Of a DNA stretch of 64,000 bases, positions 25,729 to 39,957 are shown in pieces. How positions within the stretch are numbered: position 1 is the stretch's first letter; each line of letters opens with the position of its first letter. The translations under genes were made by a program, and so were the position numbers. The notes below the pieces were generated by a model that had not been told where the DNA came from, did not search any database, and saw only the letters and a program-made list of their open reading frames with translations. Source of the DNA: Eledone cirrhosa (taxonomy: Eukaryota); assembly GCA_964016885.1 (NCBI GenBank), contig OZ024742.1:144088001-144152000 (forward strand), given 5' to 3'.

Positions 25729-28109
25729 GTGAATGTGCATTGTGTGTATGTATGTAATTACAAAAATGATAGCAATAACTAAATACATATGCATGATATG
25801 TAAGCATGTACGTTGGTATGTCTCTGTGTGTGCGTGTGCGTCTGTGTGTGCACGCCTGCCTGTCTATATATGTGACTGTGTGTGTATGTATATGTGTGTG
25901 TGTGTGTGTGTGCAATTAGAAAGATGATATCCATATGATATATATACTGCTAAGTACATAACATGATCTGCAGGATGACAGAATCCATAATGAAATAAGA
26001 CAGCCATTCATTTACCCCATTGTCTTAGTATGATAGATAAATCAGTGTTAGCAAGTGCTAGACATTTTCTGACCAGAAGTATCCATCAAAAGGATGATCA
26101 TATTCAGTTCTATAAAATTCATAAATTAGAAACCAACAGAAGCTGTTATACTGTTTCTTTAACTTGTTAGAAATATCTTCCTGAATTCCTTTAAGTAAAA
26201 TGAGATGATACATTGGATAGAGTTAACTGTATAAAACGATGGGATGGTTACGATTGGAATGTCTTTAATCATAGTTTCCCTCAATCAGCATTACAGTTTA
26301 GTAAAGGAATACGGAGTTGTGATAATCACATCAAGAGATAATTACAGAGCAACACCTCTGCCTTGTGGGCCATATTCTCCATCTGCCTGATCCTCAGTGT
26401 TTAGAAAAGGAGCAAACCAAAGATGTTCTGGTGGCAGACATTTCAAGACATCACTTGGAACAGATGCCAATGTGCAGCCTAGCACAGGAGGGCCTAAGTC
26501 TAAATCTAAGTAAAATATTCATATCTTTTTTGAAAGGCACTAGTGATGTATAAGTGAAACAGCAGCTATCAGGAGCTGAACCAGCCCCTTTTACTGGGAT
26601 TATTGAATGAGCCTATATGAGACTAGAAATATCAATCAAAACACTTGTCTTACATACACTATATTTGGAATACATTTAATCATGTCTCCTTGACCTGGAC
26701 TGGTTTAGGATTAACCCATTTAGTACTAATCTGTCCAAAACTGTCTTTGATTCTATGTAACAAAGCAGCTGGTTTTAAAGTGTTCCTTTTTAAATTAAAA
26801 CTTCCCAACATGATTTGATATAAGAACTCTTTGTTATGTTAAAAATACCATCTAAATAATGAAATAATTAACAATTAAGTAAAATCCTTCAAATTTTTTA
26901 TTTATTAATTCAAATATGGTGTATGTCATTAGAAATGTGGTAACAACAATATTAAACAACAATAAGAAAACTTCCAGGCAATTGCTAGACCTTAAAAAAT
27001 TAGCACCCATATGTACTTCAAATATAAGTTTATGCTTTTAAAAAAGAAAAAAAGCAATACATATGATAATGATTGGACAATGTAGTTCTAGATAAACTAT
27101 ATATATTTGAAACACAGGATTGGAAGTCAACCCCTCCCCATTTTACTTTGATGCTGGACTGCTACTTTATTTCATCGAGCTCAAAGACAAAAGGCAAAGT
27201 TGATCGTTACAAGATTTGAACTCTTGGGCAAAAAAATAAATCTAAAGCTGGGATAATCCTAACTGGACAGTCGTTGATCACAGGTTTGTTTGACAAGGGC
27301 TAATTTAAAACTAGACAAATATACACATTAATAATAGCATCAACAATGAAGCAAACAACGATATAATGACAGGGATCTTAACACCAAATTTTCTGACCAA
27401 AAACCAAAGTGCAAAACTGTTGGGTGCATGGATGATTAGATGGTTGGGAAGAGAACCAGTTAACCAGGCAGCCTCCTATGTCAGAATTATGTTGACCTTT
27501 TAGTACCAACATCACACCCCACTCCAACCTGACTATATAAAGTCACACATACCAAAATAAATAACTGAAAATAAATAAATAAACAACTCCAAAACACCCT
27601 GCGGAATTAAATACATTTACATAAGGGATACATAGCAAATAATCATTTACCCCTTCATACACACACCCACACACACAAATATATACATACACACATGCTT
27701 GCATACACACATATATATATGTATATATATGTGTGTGTGTGTAAGCACACACTCTCCCACACACATTTCTCCAAAAATATAACTCTTTTAAGCTAACAAC
27801 ATATGGTTTAAATGTCAAATGTCTGGAACCCAGATCTCATCAGTGAAGTATTCAAGCCCCTATTTTTACTAGACTCTCGAAGTTTCAATTTTAGCTTTAG
27901 ATTCAAGCAAAGCATTTTTATTTTTATTTTTCTCAAGCCAAATATTGGAATATTGTGTGTGGACGCACACACGCACTTTTGCTTCTATGTAGGTTTCTTT
28001 TACAAACGTTTAAGCAGTAGTGTAGTTGACAGAAAATTAATGGGTCTATTTTTTAAAAATATATGCAATAAACAGGTATCCAGTCCAACCTGTCAGTTGG
28101 TCATTTTGG

Positions 28110-28297
28110 TGCCATGATAAAAAACACCAAGTCCATACTTTAAATCGGGTTGGTGTTAGGAAGGGCATCCGGCCATAGAAACCAAGCAAGAAACAGTTCT
28201 GTATGAACAAGACATGTTCATCTGATCTGACTTGTCTAACCCATGCTAGCATGGAAAATAGATGTTAAACAATGATGATGATGATGATGATGATGAT
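28110..28297 (+). mobile_element. Family C retroelement 3' portion
   Basis: ggtgttaggaagggcatccggcc...acccatgctagcatggaaaatagatgttaaac(GAT)n. Confidence 0.8.
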
Positions 28298-28661
28298 ATA
28301 CTCTGTATGTCTAATCTCTCTCTCTCTCGCTGCATGCGCATGTATGTATATACATGTGTTCATAGGAATAAGGCAATCATATACTAAAAGTGTTCAATAA
28401 TTCAGAAATTAAACTGTTAAATGTTAATATAAAGACTGGGGAGCTCATGCATGGAGATGCTATAAAATTTAAATATAACACGTATATGATATTTTTATAT
28501 TCTAATTACTTTTGTACCTTGTCATATGTATTACAATATATATTGCTTCTGTAGTATTCTTGCATAAGTGTGCACTGTTATGGGATTTTTTTGAAGCCTA
28601 CTTCCATTGAGCTCTTTACAGAACAACAAATTTGGGATGTTTTTATTTCAATTTAGTTTTT

Positions 28662-28707
<46 letters not shown>

Positions 28708-29177
28708 ACAAAGATCCTGTGAACAAAATCAAACTCCATAGGCTTTTATAAAGTTGATATAAAGAATGGTGTGCTCATGTGTGGAGATGCTATAAAATAC
28801 TTATAAAATAGGAAGAAGACCCTTAAAGATGGAAAATAAAGTTGCCATTGGCCACTCTTTATATTAACTTTATACACATCCAAGAGATCAGCTACATATA
28901 TACAATGAGTGTTAAATATATTTCAGAGCAAATGACTAACTTAGTTTCATAAATATATAAACTAGACATTGATAAAAAAAAAAAAATTTGCTCTACTTGC
29001 TGAATTATTTGGGCACTTTATTTAGCATTTAATATAGAAATATATATATTGTACAGGTGAAATTACTCGGTTACTACTTAGAGTTTTGTGTTCACCCTTT
29101 TTCATGCCCAAACTGAGTAATAACAGAATAATTTCTGCCTTACAATATATATTTACATGTGACTTGTATTGAGTATC

Positions 29178-29360
<183 letters not shown>

Positions 29361-29587
29361 CATGCGTAATACCAAAGTTTCAATACTATAGAGAAAAGAA
29401 TACAATTTTTTTTTAATGAAAACATTAGTTTTTTCCCCCAAAACGTTGTACAAGAAACCTATCAGTAAGTCTACAATATGTTATCTTACATAACTGTTGT
29501 TTGTTTTGAGAAGGTTAGCAGTGAATATGCCCTACATACGTACTAATGTTTCTAAAATAACATTATATATATATATTATAGTCTCAG

Positions 29588-29880
29588 TGAAGGCACATGT
29601 ATTAGATTCACAATCAGGAGGTTGTGGGTTCAATTCGTTGACCAGGCAGTGCCTTGTGTCCTTGAGCAAAACACTTTATATCATGCTGCTTCAGTTTACT
29701 CAGAAGGAAAGATGAGTTGTGATGACCGTGGTGCCAAGCTTTATCAGCCTTTGCCTTTCCCTTGGATAACACAAAGAACAGCAACTGGCATGCATGAGAG
29801 ACTACTGGTCTTCCACCGAAACACCTTGCCCAGGCTTGTGCCTCAAAACCATGGTCATTCATAACCAAAGGAGGTTTTTC
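29588..29880 (+). mobile_element. SINE family B, decayed copy
   Basis: Colinear with the copy at 56969-57313 (tgtccttgagcaa.acacttta...ggtcttccac...catggtcattcat). Confidence 0.75.
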
Positions 29881-30406
29881 ATCTAGTCTCACTACCAGAA
29901 TTTAGTGGGAGAAAAAAACAAAACAAACCTTCAATCAACTGTGAATACTATCCTTACAATTTATTCCAAGACCAAAACACTTTTACTGGGTGTACATGTA
30001 ATGTGCAAGAATCAACCAAAGAAGAGAACTCATACAAACTAAACTGGTCAAAGTCTTTTGGAACAATTTAGAATTATGCAACTTGGTGAAAGCAACGTGA
30101 TCTTCTTAGAACTTCTCAGCAAGTTTGCAAGACTAGAATTGTCAATTATAGATATAGGAAAGGGAAAATATATTATGCACTGATTATGTGTGTCAACAAA
30201 GGGTAGAGGCGAATATTCTCAAGGGGAGTACTCTGCATGAACTGTATACATAGAAATAGAGTCTTGCTGTCACAATATGGTGAGTGAGAAAAAACTTCAA
30301 TCAACTGTGACTATCCTCACAATATGTGTAGGGTATATATATATGTGTGTGTATATATGCATATCTATATGCATGTATGTGTGTGTGTGTATATATATAT
30401 ATTTAT

Positions 30407-30446
<40 letters not shown>

Positions 30447-31093
30447 CATAGGTAGATAGATACATAGTTAATCCTGTATCACATAAAACCAGTAGGTGTC
30501 AGTAGGTGACATCTGTAGGTAAATATCAATCTATGAAATTTTGTCTCAGAACTAAATATTTACAAGGATTTCCTCACTGAATTTGAAGTTCAGAAGTTGA
30601 TAGAAAGTTATTTAAAGAGAATAATAGATAAGATAAGAAAATTTTTTTGCAGGTATTTAGTTGGTATATTTGTAAAGTGAAATATGTCAATGTTTCTACT
30701 AAGATAAATCTTTGGCAAGATAAAACCTATGGAAAATACACTTGACAAAAAGTGTGTTTGCTGAAAAGTCTTTGGCAAGACAAGCATTTTGTATAAGTCT
30801 TTGTTAAAAGAAAGCATTGCATAGATAAATCTTTGAGAAAAGAGGTCATTGTGTTAAGAAGATTTTAGATATAGAATATTTTTAGTAGTACAAGAGGACT
30901 TTAGTTGAAAGACAATTTGAGAGAAAAAATATTTAGTAAGAGAATAGAGAAATAAATTCTTATTTATTGTGTAATTGTAAAGATTATAATATAAGACAAT
31001 GAAACATGAGTATTATTAATACTGAAAGAGTACAATGTTTAAATGAAGACCAATCAGGTCAACTAAGGATCATATTTAACATATCTGTCTGCA

Positions 31094-31138
<45 letters not shown>

Positions 31139-31392
31139 GTATGTATGAATAATTAAAGTCAACAGGGAAAAACACAGAACAGTACAATACAATGATATAT
31201 ATATTAGTTCAATGCTTGGTATAGTAGGAAAAGAGCCCTGACATTTGGACATTAGTCCTTCATCAAAAGTTAGAATGAGAGAGAGAAAGATGAGAGTAAG
31301 AATAGAGAGGGGGAGGGGGTGAATTGGGTAGGAGGAAAATGTTTGTATAGTTAGTCAGTCATTTCTGTGTATGTAATATCTATATCTATATA

Positions 31393-31444
<52 letters not shown>

Positions 31445-31789
31445 TAAATACATACATATATAGACAGATGGTAACTTTTTTAGCTTCTTAACAGGGCAGC
31501 TGCTCTATGTAAACTCTGCCCAAAATAGTACAATTTGAAACAATATCATTCCAAAAGATACTAGTGTAGGCAATTCTTAATCTTACCCACTCACTCCTGT
31601 CTGCTTGTCTGTACTGTGTGTTCATGGCTCAATGGTTAACTTTCCCTAGGAAAATTTTATCATTAAAAACTGCAAGGATATCACTAAAGAGAACAGCTGA
31701 AACTCAAAGCTATTTCACTTACAAAGATAAAACCATTTGCTATTAGCTTTACTTTCACATACCCTGCCCTCTCTTTACTAAACTCTTAC

Positions 31790-31913
31790 AAGTATATATG
31801 TATGTGTGTATGTATATATATATATATGCACACACACACACACATATATGTATGTGTGTGTGTATATATATATATACGCATATATATATGTAAGTGTGTA
31901 TGTATGTATATAT

Positions 31914-31959
<46 letters not shown>

Positions 31960-32185
31960 ATATACATACATATATATATATATATATATACATACACATA
32001 TATATGTGTATATATATATACACACACACACATATGTATATATGCGTGTACGTGTGTGTGGTTTATATACATACACACACGATGATGATATAGTGAATGT
32101 TTGATGTGTATACTTGTATGTGTATGCAAATATTTATCTATCTATGTGTGTGTGTGGTGTGTGTGTGTGTGTGTGTGTGTATGAG
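31790..32185. repeat. Complex AT/AC/GT low-complexity tract
   Basis: Directly visible; source of six overlapping spurious ORFs. Confidence 0.95.
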
Positions 32186-32415
32186 TAAATGAGTGTTATC
32201 TGCAAAAGGGAAAAAAAAAAGAATAAAGTAAAAATAAAAAGAAAGAATTAAAAAGGACTTGAAAGATGAGAAGAGAAGAAAAAACCCTTTAGCTAATATC
32301 AAATTAAAAACTAAAATAAAACTGAAAATATTTGTTTTGTGTCTATGGAAGTAGCAAGCTATATTAGGATATGTTATCAAAAGAATATGTGGTCATACAC
32401 ATGTGTAGCTATAGA

Positions 32416-33035
32416 TCATCATCATCATCATCATCATCACCGTTTTACGTCCGTTCTTCCACGCTAGCATGGGTTAGACGGGTTGTCCTGTTGTGGGCAG
32501 TGTCTGGTCGGCTGACCATGCCTTGCCATACAGGAACTGATCTGGCTTGATTTCTACAGCTGGATGCCCTTCCTAACACCAACCTCATTTACAGTGAGTG
32601 CTGGGTGCTTTTTCGTGGCGCCTACACGTCCACTTTACAGTGTGGCCTGGGTGCTTTTTTGCCGTGGTACCTCCACGACCACCTTGCGGTGGGGGGGGGG
32701 GGGCATATTGTTTATATGCTTCAGCATGTACCCATGGGAGGTCGGGTACCCTGTATTACTGCGTGACGCCAGAAGTCACGGTCGTGTGTCATTGACTTTG
32801 AGAGGTGTAGTTGGGTAAGGTCGGCTTTTATCATCTCATCCCAAGTCATCTTGGGTCTCCCCACTCCGCAGTTTCCATCAACTTCTAGTGCTCTGCACCT
32901 TTTTATGCAGCTGTCATCCTTCATACGCATCACATGTCCATACCAGCGTAACCGCCTCTCCTGCACGCAGCATTTGATTCCCCTTATGCTCAGTCTCTCT
33001 CTCAATTCCTTTATGCTTTGTCGTTCACGTATATT
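32416..33035 (-). mobile_element. Young RTE LINE 3' fragment joined to family C 3' extension
   Basis: ORF 32721-33107 ELRERLSIRGIKCCVQERRLRWYGHVMRMKDDSCIKRC..GVGRPKMTWDEMIKADL..DRDFWR is an unbroken RTE C-terminus; followed by family C sequence and (GAT)n. Confidence 0.9.
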
Positions 33036-33116
33036 ACTGTTACACATATTTATATATATGTATATTATATATATATATAACATATATATATATATATATA
33101 TATACATATATATAAC

Positions 33117-33490
33117 ATCATCATCATCATCATCGTTTAACGTCCATCTTCCACACTTGCATGGGTTTGGATGGGAGTTTTCCCACTTGAGGCAAGATTT
33201 GTTGTCCTGCTCGTATAGGACTGTCTGGCGGGTTTTCTACGGCTGGATGCCCTTCCTAACACCAACCACGTTTACAGTGTGGACTGGGAGGTTTTAACCA
33301 TGTTACCTACACAGCCACATTACAGCGTGGATTATGTGTTTTTTTGTCGTGACACATACACGACCTCATCCACGACCTGGATGTTGTGGTATCAACATAA
33401 CTTCACATTTAAGGGGGTGGTGTGGATGGGGTGGGGGTAGTGGGACGGGAGGTGTATTTTGTTAGAGGTGCCTACTGACTGTAGGTTTTG
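33117..33490 (-). mobile_element. Family C retroelement 3' portion
   Basis: Close to 8157-8455; shares gaggtgcctactgactgta with 20325. Confidence 0.85.
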
Positions 33491-34047
33491 CTTTGTACTT
33501 AGGCAAATGCACACCTATACACACACATAAATCGCAATAAAAGACACCTAGCACATACTGTCAAGTGGTTGTATAATGAACCTAGTACACACTGTAAAGT
33601 GGTTTGTGTTAGGAAGAGCATCCAGTTGTATAAACCATATATAAACCATGCCAAAATGGAATGTATGAGCAACATGGACACCTCACTGTATTATACTCTA
33701 GATACCAGCTCATAGTGGTTCTGGTTAAATCTATAGGAATGCAACCAGTTTCCAGCAACAAAAGAGTCTATGTCCCAGCAAAATATAAATTTATTTTAAT
33801 ATACATTCATTACACACACACACACAAATTTGTGTACAAATAAAAAAAAAGAATAGTAATCAACATATGTGGAAGTTGTGAATATATAAATATGACCATC
33901 TAACCCATGCTAGCATGAAAAACAGACGCTAAACCATGATGATGACCAGCTCTTTCAGATGCATCTGAAAGATGCCTGAAGTATTTCTGGACATGAAATT
34001 GTTTGGTAATTCAAAAATGTCAAATTATTCTAGTCATTTCTACCCTT

Positions 34048-34385
34048 TCATCATCATCATCATTTTACGTCCGCTTTTCCCTGCTTGCAAGGGTGGGACG
34101 GGAACTGATTGTGGCTTGATTTCTACAGCTGGATGCCCTTCCTAACACCAACCTCATTTACAGTGAGTGCTAGGTGCTTTTTTGCCGTGGCACCTCCACG
34201 ACCACTTTGCAGTGGAATGATATGGAACCCAGTCCCTATCATCTCATTTCTACAGCTGAGTAAACTGGAGCAATGTGAAATAAAGTGTCTTGCTCAAGGA
34301 AACAACACATCACCCGGTCTGAGAATTGAACTCACAACCTTTCGATTGCAAGCCCAATGCTCTAACCACTAAGCCATGTGCCTCT
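34048..34385 (-). mobile_element. Chimeric SINE (family B head and core plus family C/RTE tail)
   Basis: Near-identical reverse complement of 35771-36127. Confidence 0.9.
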
Positions 34386-34489
34386 ATATAGCCATATATA
34401 TATAAAACGAAGGAGGTGTGGTAAGGAACCAGATGGACCATAACGCACCAGAGTACTCAATATTTAGGGTAGTAGAGTGGGTAATAGGG

Positions 34490-34593
34490 AAATGTTTAAC
34501 CCTGACGGCAGAGCTCAAGTCGTTTCGACGGCTATTTCAGTCCAGAAATAGCCATCGAAACGGCTTGAGCTCTGCCGTCGGGGTTAAACATTT
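34490..34593. repeat. Inverted repeat, 49-bp arms, 6-nt loop
   Basis: 34490-34538 pairs with 34545-34593 with three transition mismatches. Confidence 0.95.
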
Positions 34594-34609
34594 TCATATA
34601 TATATATAT

Positions 34610-34687
34610 ATATATGGTATTAATAAATGGAAACTATATTTATAAAACCATATATAAATATAGTTTCCATTTATTAATACCGTATAT
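34610..34687. repeat. Inverted repeat, 35-bp arms, 8-nt loop
   Basis: 34610-34644 pairs with 34653-34687 with one mismatch. Confidence 0.95.
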
Positions 34688-34770
34688 CTACTCCAAAAAC
34701 TTGTCGAGTGCTTTATATCAGTTATAAAAATATTTACTTGTTGTATCCCAACAACTTTAAATAAAACTTT

Positions 34771-34802
<32 letters not shown>

Positions 34803-34807
<5 letters not shown>

Positions 34808-35045
34808 CTCATGGAGGATGACTTATGGGTGAAGAAGTGCCAGGAAATGCCAGTTAAAGGAAGACGTGGTAGAGGTAGACCACGAAAAACATGGGCAGAG
34901 GTGGTGAGAAGAGACCTCAGATCGCTGAAGCTCACGGTGGAGATGACGAAGGACCATGACAAGTGGAGAGATGCTGTACTGAATAAGACCCGTCCCACCT
35001 TTGCAAGCAGGGAAGAGCGGACGTAAAATGATGATGATGATGATG

Positions 35046-35046
<1 letters not shown>
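34803..35046 (+). mobile_element. RTE LINE 3' end inserted in (TA)n
   Basis: MEDDLWVKKCQEMPVKGRRGRGRPRKTWAEVVRRDL..DHDKWRDAV; the stop is directly followed by (GAT)n. Older copy at 51090-51360. Confidence 0.9.
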
Positions 35047-35085
<39 letters not shown>

Positions 35086-35360
35086 GTATATATAAAGTGG
35101 ACATATGTGCAATGAAATCTCAAAGGAGAGTAGAGACCAACATATTGGTTGTAATTGCCAGCCACAGACAGAGGTGATTGCTCAATGTTTATCTCATACA
35201 AAACAAGCGTTAAGAGAAGAGATTGGTTCTTCGACCTTGGGAAGAGTTATGATGCAGTTAGGAAATAAGCAGGGCATGTATATTAAGTATTTGAAGAAAA
35301 TTAAACTGTTTAATCACTATATACTCATTAATGAAAGTTGGTTAATTTTCTTCAAATACT

Positions 35361-36128
<768 letters not shown>

Positions 36129-37582
36129 ATATATATATATTAATGGCTGTATCAAAATGTGTTGTGCTCTACCTTCAGTGTCAATTAAGCAAGCTATGTT
36201 GCCTGTCACGAATCTGCCTTCAGCTTTTCCCTATTGGCTAGCAATGTAAAATAAGTTTGTTACGTCTCCGCACATAACCTCTCCAGCAACAAGTCCTAGG
36301 TTCCGCCATTGGGGTAGAGAGTGCTTTGTGCTCCCAGACTATACTTATCATGGACTTTAGGATGGTCTGCACTCAGAGAAATGATGTAAGCACACCAATG
36401 TATGAAAATAGCCTAGTAACCAGTGACAGAAACCTGCCTATGGGATAAATGGTGCCACAGCCTCATGATTGCCTTTGGATTTGATAAGACTAAGAGAGTA
36501 AAAACTGAAAGAATATCTGGAGTGTGGTCCCATAAGCAAGAAGCTGGTGATTCCTTGCACAATATGGTCTAACAGATGACAATGCACATTGTTGCCTAAG
36601 GATTGTAACAACCAAGAAACTCTCAGTAGTGATGGAGTGAGTAACCAGTTTCACACAAATATATATACACACACACACACACACTCTACAGCATGTATTC
36701 ACTATTAACATTATTACTTTTGTTTGTAAAACAAAAATGTTTGTGTGAGTTTATATATATAGTGAGGCAAGGGTTCTACATACCTATGATATATACACAC
36801 TAAAGAAAATGTGCCCATAGATGTATGTATATAAACTGCATCTGTGTGTTTTGGATGTTTATATGTTCTTATATACACTCTCATAAAAAATAACAATTTC
36901 TCTTTGATATTAATTACACAAGCTTACTATTAAAATATGCAGTAAATCAATAAGAACATTATATCAGATTTTTGTTACCAAAATATCAAGAATTGGCATC
37001 GTTTCATTACTAACAATCTCACAGATTTGGTTTCCAATATACTGACATTCAGAATTAGCTAAGCAACTTATGAACTTCCTCTATAAGCTATCTTATTTCT
37101 CTAGACTTGCTTGTTAAGTTGCTTACTCATAAGTTATATTGCAAGTGGCTAACTGAGAGAGATGATTGTAATGCTGCAAGTTTGTAAACTTTAATTCCAA
37201 GATACCAGTAGAGCATATTCTGTGCAATTGATAACTTGCTAGCTCAATGGTATCAAGGGACAGATACATGTTTGCACTTAGTTTATAGACTAGCAAATAA
37301 TTTTACCTAATTACCAAAATTTGCTTCTAATTAGATATTTCATAGATTTCATTTGTAGATTACTAGTTTTGTAATTTCTGAAACATAATTACTAATGTAT
37401 CTTGTAGCAAAGTTCTATGTTGCAATTTAAATACAAAAGATCCTTCTCCACTTATCTAATTGTAAATCAAAGGAATAGAAACCAAACTTAGAACTAATTA
37501 TTTAACTTATACTATCACATGTTTGCCACCCAATATGCTATTTCAGGCAACCACCAAACAGCTATTTTAAATACTGTCTGAC

Positions 37583-38540
37583 GATTGGGGAACTTTACCA
37601 TTTTTCACACCCTTGATTGATTCTTTGACTCTATAACTGTCAACTTCAATATCTGGTCCCTCTATAAAGTCAGCTGGGGGTAGTCTTTTTTTCTCCTACT
37701 CATTTTCCATATTCATCACCCCCCCTCCTCCCATTTCCAGGTCTCTTTTTTTGAGCCTCAGTGATGTTAAGTGCACTGGTGTCATTTAAAATACACTTTC
37801 CTCCCTGATTCACAATGGCACACTGCTTTGTAATGGGGAACATCTTACACCTTTGCTCCTCATGTTGGAGGTAATTGGCAAATCTCTTGTTTTCAGCTTC
37901 TTTGCATACTATGTCTACCTGTCATTTATATTCTCTTTTAATTGTTCTTTGCTGTGTCCACCTCAGTGCTCTTAGCTCCCCTACTGGTTCTCCTTCCATC
38001 TGGCTGGTGCCTTGCTCCAACCATAAATCTCATCAATAGCCTGCAGTAAGTTATCACATAGGAAACTTTAATTATCCTCCTCTATGTCATATTTATCTAA
38101 CTCCTCCCCTCTCTTGTCATATGCATCATAGAGCTTTTTTGAACCTATATTTAAAAGGTCCTTTTAGCTTCCATGCTCTCATTCTCCGGAATTTCCTGTG
38201 TTTCTTGTTCTGTTTGATGCTTATTTAGATATCACTAATAACTGAATTGAGTTGAGCATCCTTCTTTCGGAAAGGACTTAGCATTCAAAGCCACCTGTCG
38301 TTCTTATTTTCTAAGTAAGCAGTCAATTTGGCTTGTTTGTTCACCTGACTGATAAGGTGATCAGGTCGCTAGCAGGCTTCTTGAAGTTAGTGTCGCAAAT
38401 AAGTTCATTTGCATCACAGAATTCCAGGAGACATGCTCCTTCTTCATTTCTTGAGTCACAACCATAGCAGCTGTGTACTACAGTGTTCTTATCCTAGAGC
38501 TTCTATACATGTCCACTGAAGTTGCTAGCAATAGATATTC
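37583..38540 (-). mobile_element. RTE LINE internal fragment (AP endonuclease C-half and linker), decayed
   Basis: Minus-strand peptides IASNFSGHV (GDFNGHV-like), SRNEEGACLLEFCDANEL..TNFKKPASDLIT, SGEQTSQID and IEGPDIEVDSYRVKESIKGVKNGKVP. Confidence 0.8.
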
Positions 38541-39957
38541 ATTCATTACAGTTCCCATTAAAAACAGAGACAACAGCAATTTAAAGCAGAGTGTATAAAT
38601 TTTTATTTACTATATTAATGACTCTTACAGGACTAGTTATGTTTCCTTTGGTAAGAATTTGTGGAGAAGAAAACAGAACTAGTCCTGTATAAGTCATTAA
38701 TTGAATAAATGAATATACATATTCACACACACACAGGAGCATACATACACAATGCATAAATAATCAAAGTAAGGATATAACAAGAAAAGGAAACTAGTTG
38801 CAAGAAAATATATCAGCAATTAAAGCTGGCCGGGTTTAATTTAGAACAAGATATAAATAATGAAGTAATATTTTAGAAAAATATCTCCCTTCTGTAACCA
38901 TGTAGTTATTAACAGTTTTATCTTATGGCAAGTATATTTTGATAAGAACATTTTCATAAAAGATTAGTCACTTTAACCTGCAGCTTTCTCTTCATCTGTC
39001 TCCCACTGCTACGCTATAAACATGGTAGCTGGTGGGTGCAGCACAAAGATCTGTTGCAAAGTATACTCCTCTCCCTATGTCTTCCACCAATAAAATCACA
39101 AACCATCAAGGGAATTAATGAGCTGAAATTTATGCCCTAGTTTGAGCTAAAAGCCAGATCATTGCTTTGGTAATTACAGAGAAGGGTGTAGAAACCAGCT
39201 TCCAGCTCAACAAAATTATTTTGTTTTGTTTTGATTTTTTTTTTTTTTTGCTTTAGTCTAATTTGTTATGTGTCAGAATCTTAAGCAATATTAAAAACAT
39301 CAGGCACAACTTGTGTGTGTTTCTCTGTGTGTGTGAGAATGTGTGTGTAAATTAGTGTAATTGGGATTCATCTAGTGCTCTTCAATTTATGCATTTTCAG
39401 TTACATGCTTAACTGATGAAGTTTGTTAACCAGTTTCATATTGAGCTGTTCCTACATCTTTAATGGCTTATTTAATAGCTCAAGTTTATGTATATATAAA
39501 TGTATGCATGGATAATAAATAGACCATTCACAGAATATGCTTACAATAAATGACGTTAGATACTAGAAGATACCCAGAACTGATACCATGTTTCTAACAT
39601 TTTTTTTGCTCAAACCTTGAATGTATACACTTTCCTAATCAATAATTGCCAACTCATTCTACTAATGGCCTCAGAAATTTATACAAGCTGGTCATGACTA
39701 ATCATTTTCGCTGAATGTCCAGTCACTCCATACCATAATCCTGCAAGTACTATACAGGTAACCAAAAATGCCTTTTAAATTGTTCTTTTTCCTAAACTTA
39801 GGTGAGTTGATACGCCTCATTTTGTGCACTAGGCTGATGAGTCATTAAATATGAACAGCTAACAAAATTTAAGTGAATATGTAAAACACACACATGTATG
39901 TACATACACGCACTTATTGGATAGAAATACTAGTTATAAATACCATTAACATTAATG

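Noticed and set aside
24739-25927. Overlapping YI/HT/CV-rich ORFs (also at 29022-29453 and 31755-32129)
   Set aside because: Dinucleotide-repeat artefacts.
27815-27850. Minus-strand CTGATGA followed by a TCTGG/CCAGA stem
   Set aside because: No GAAA or cleavage triplet downstream; insufficient for a hammerhead call.
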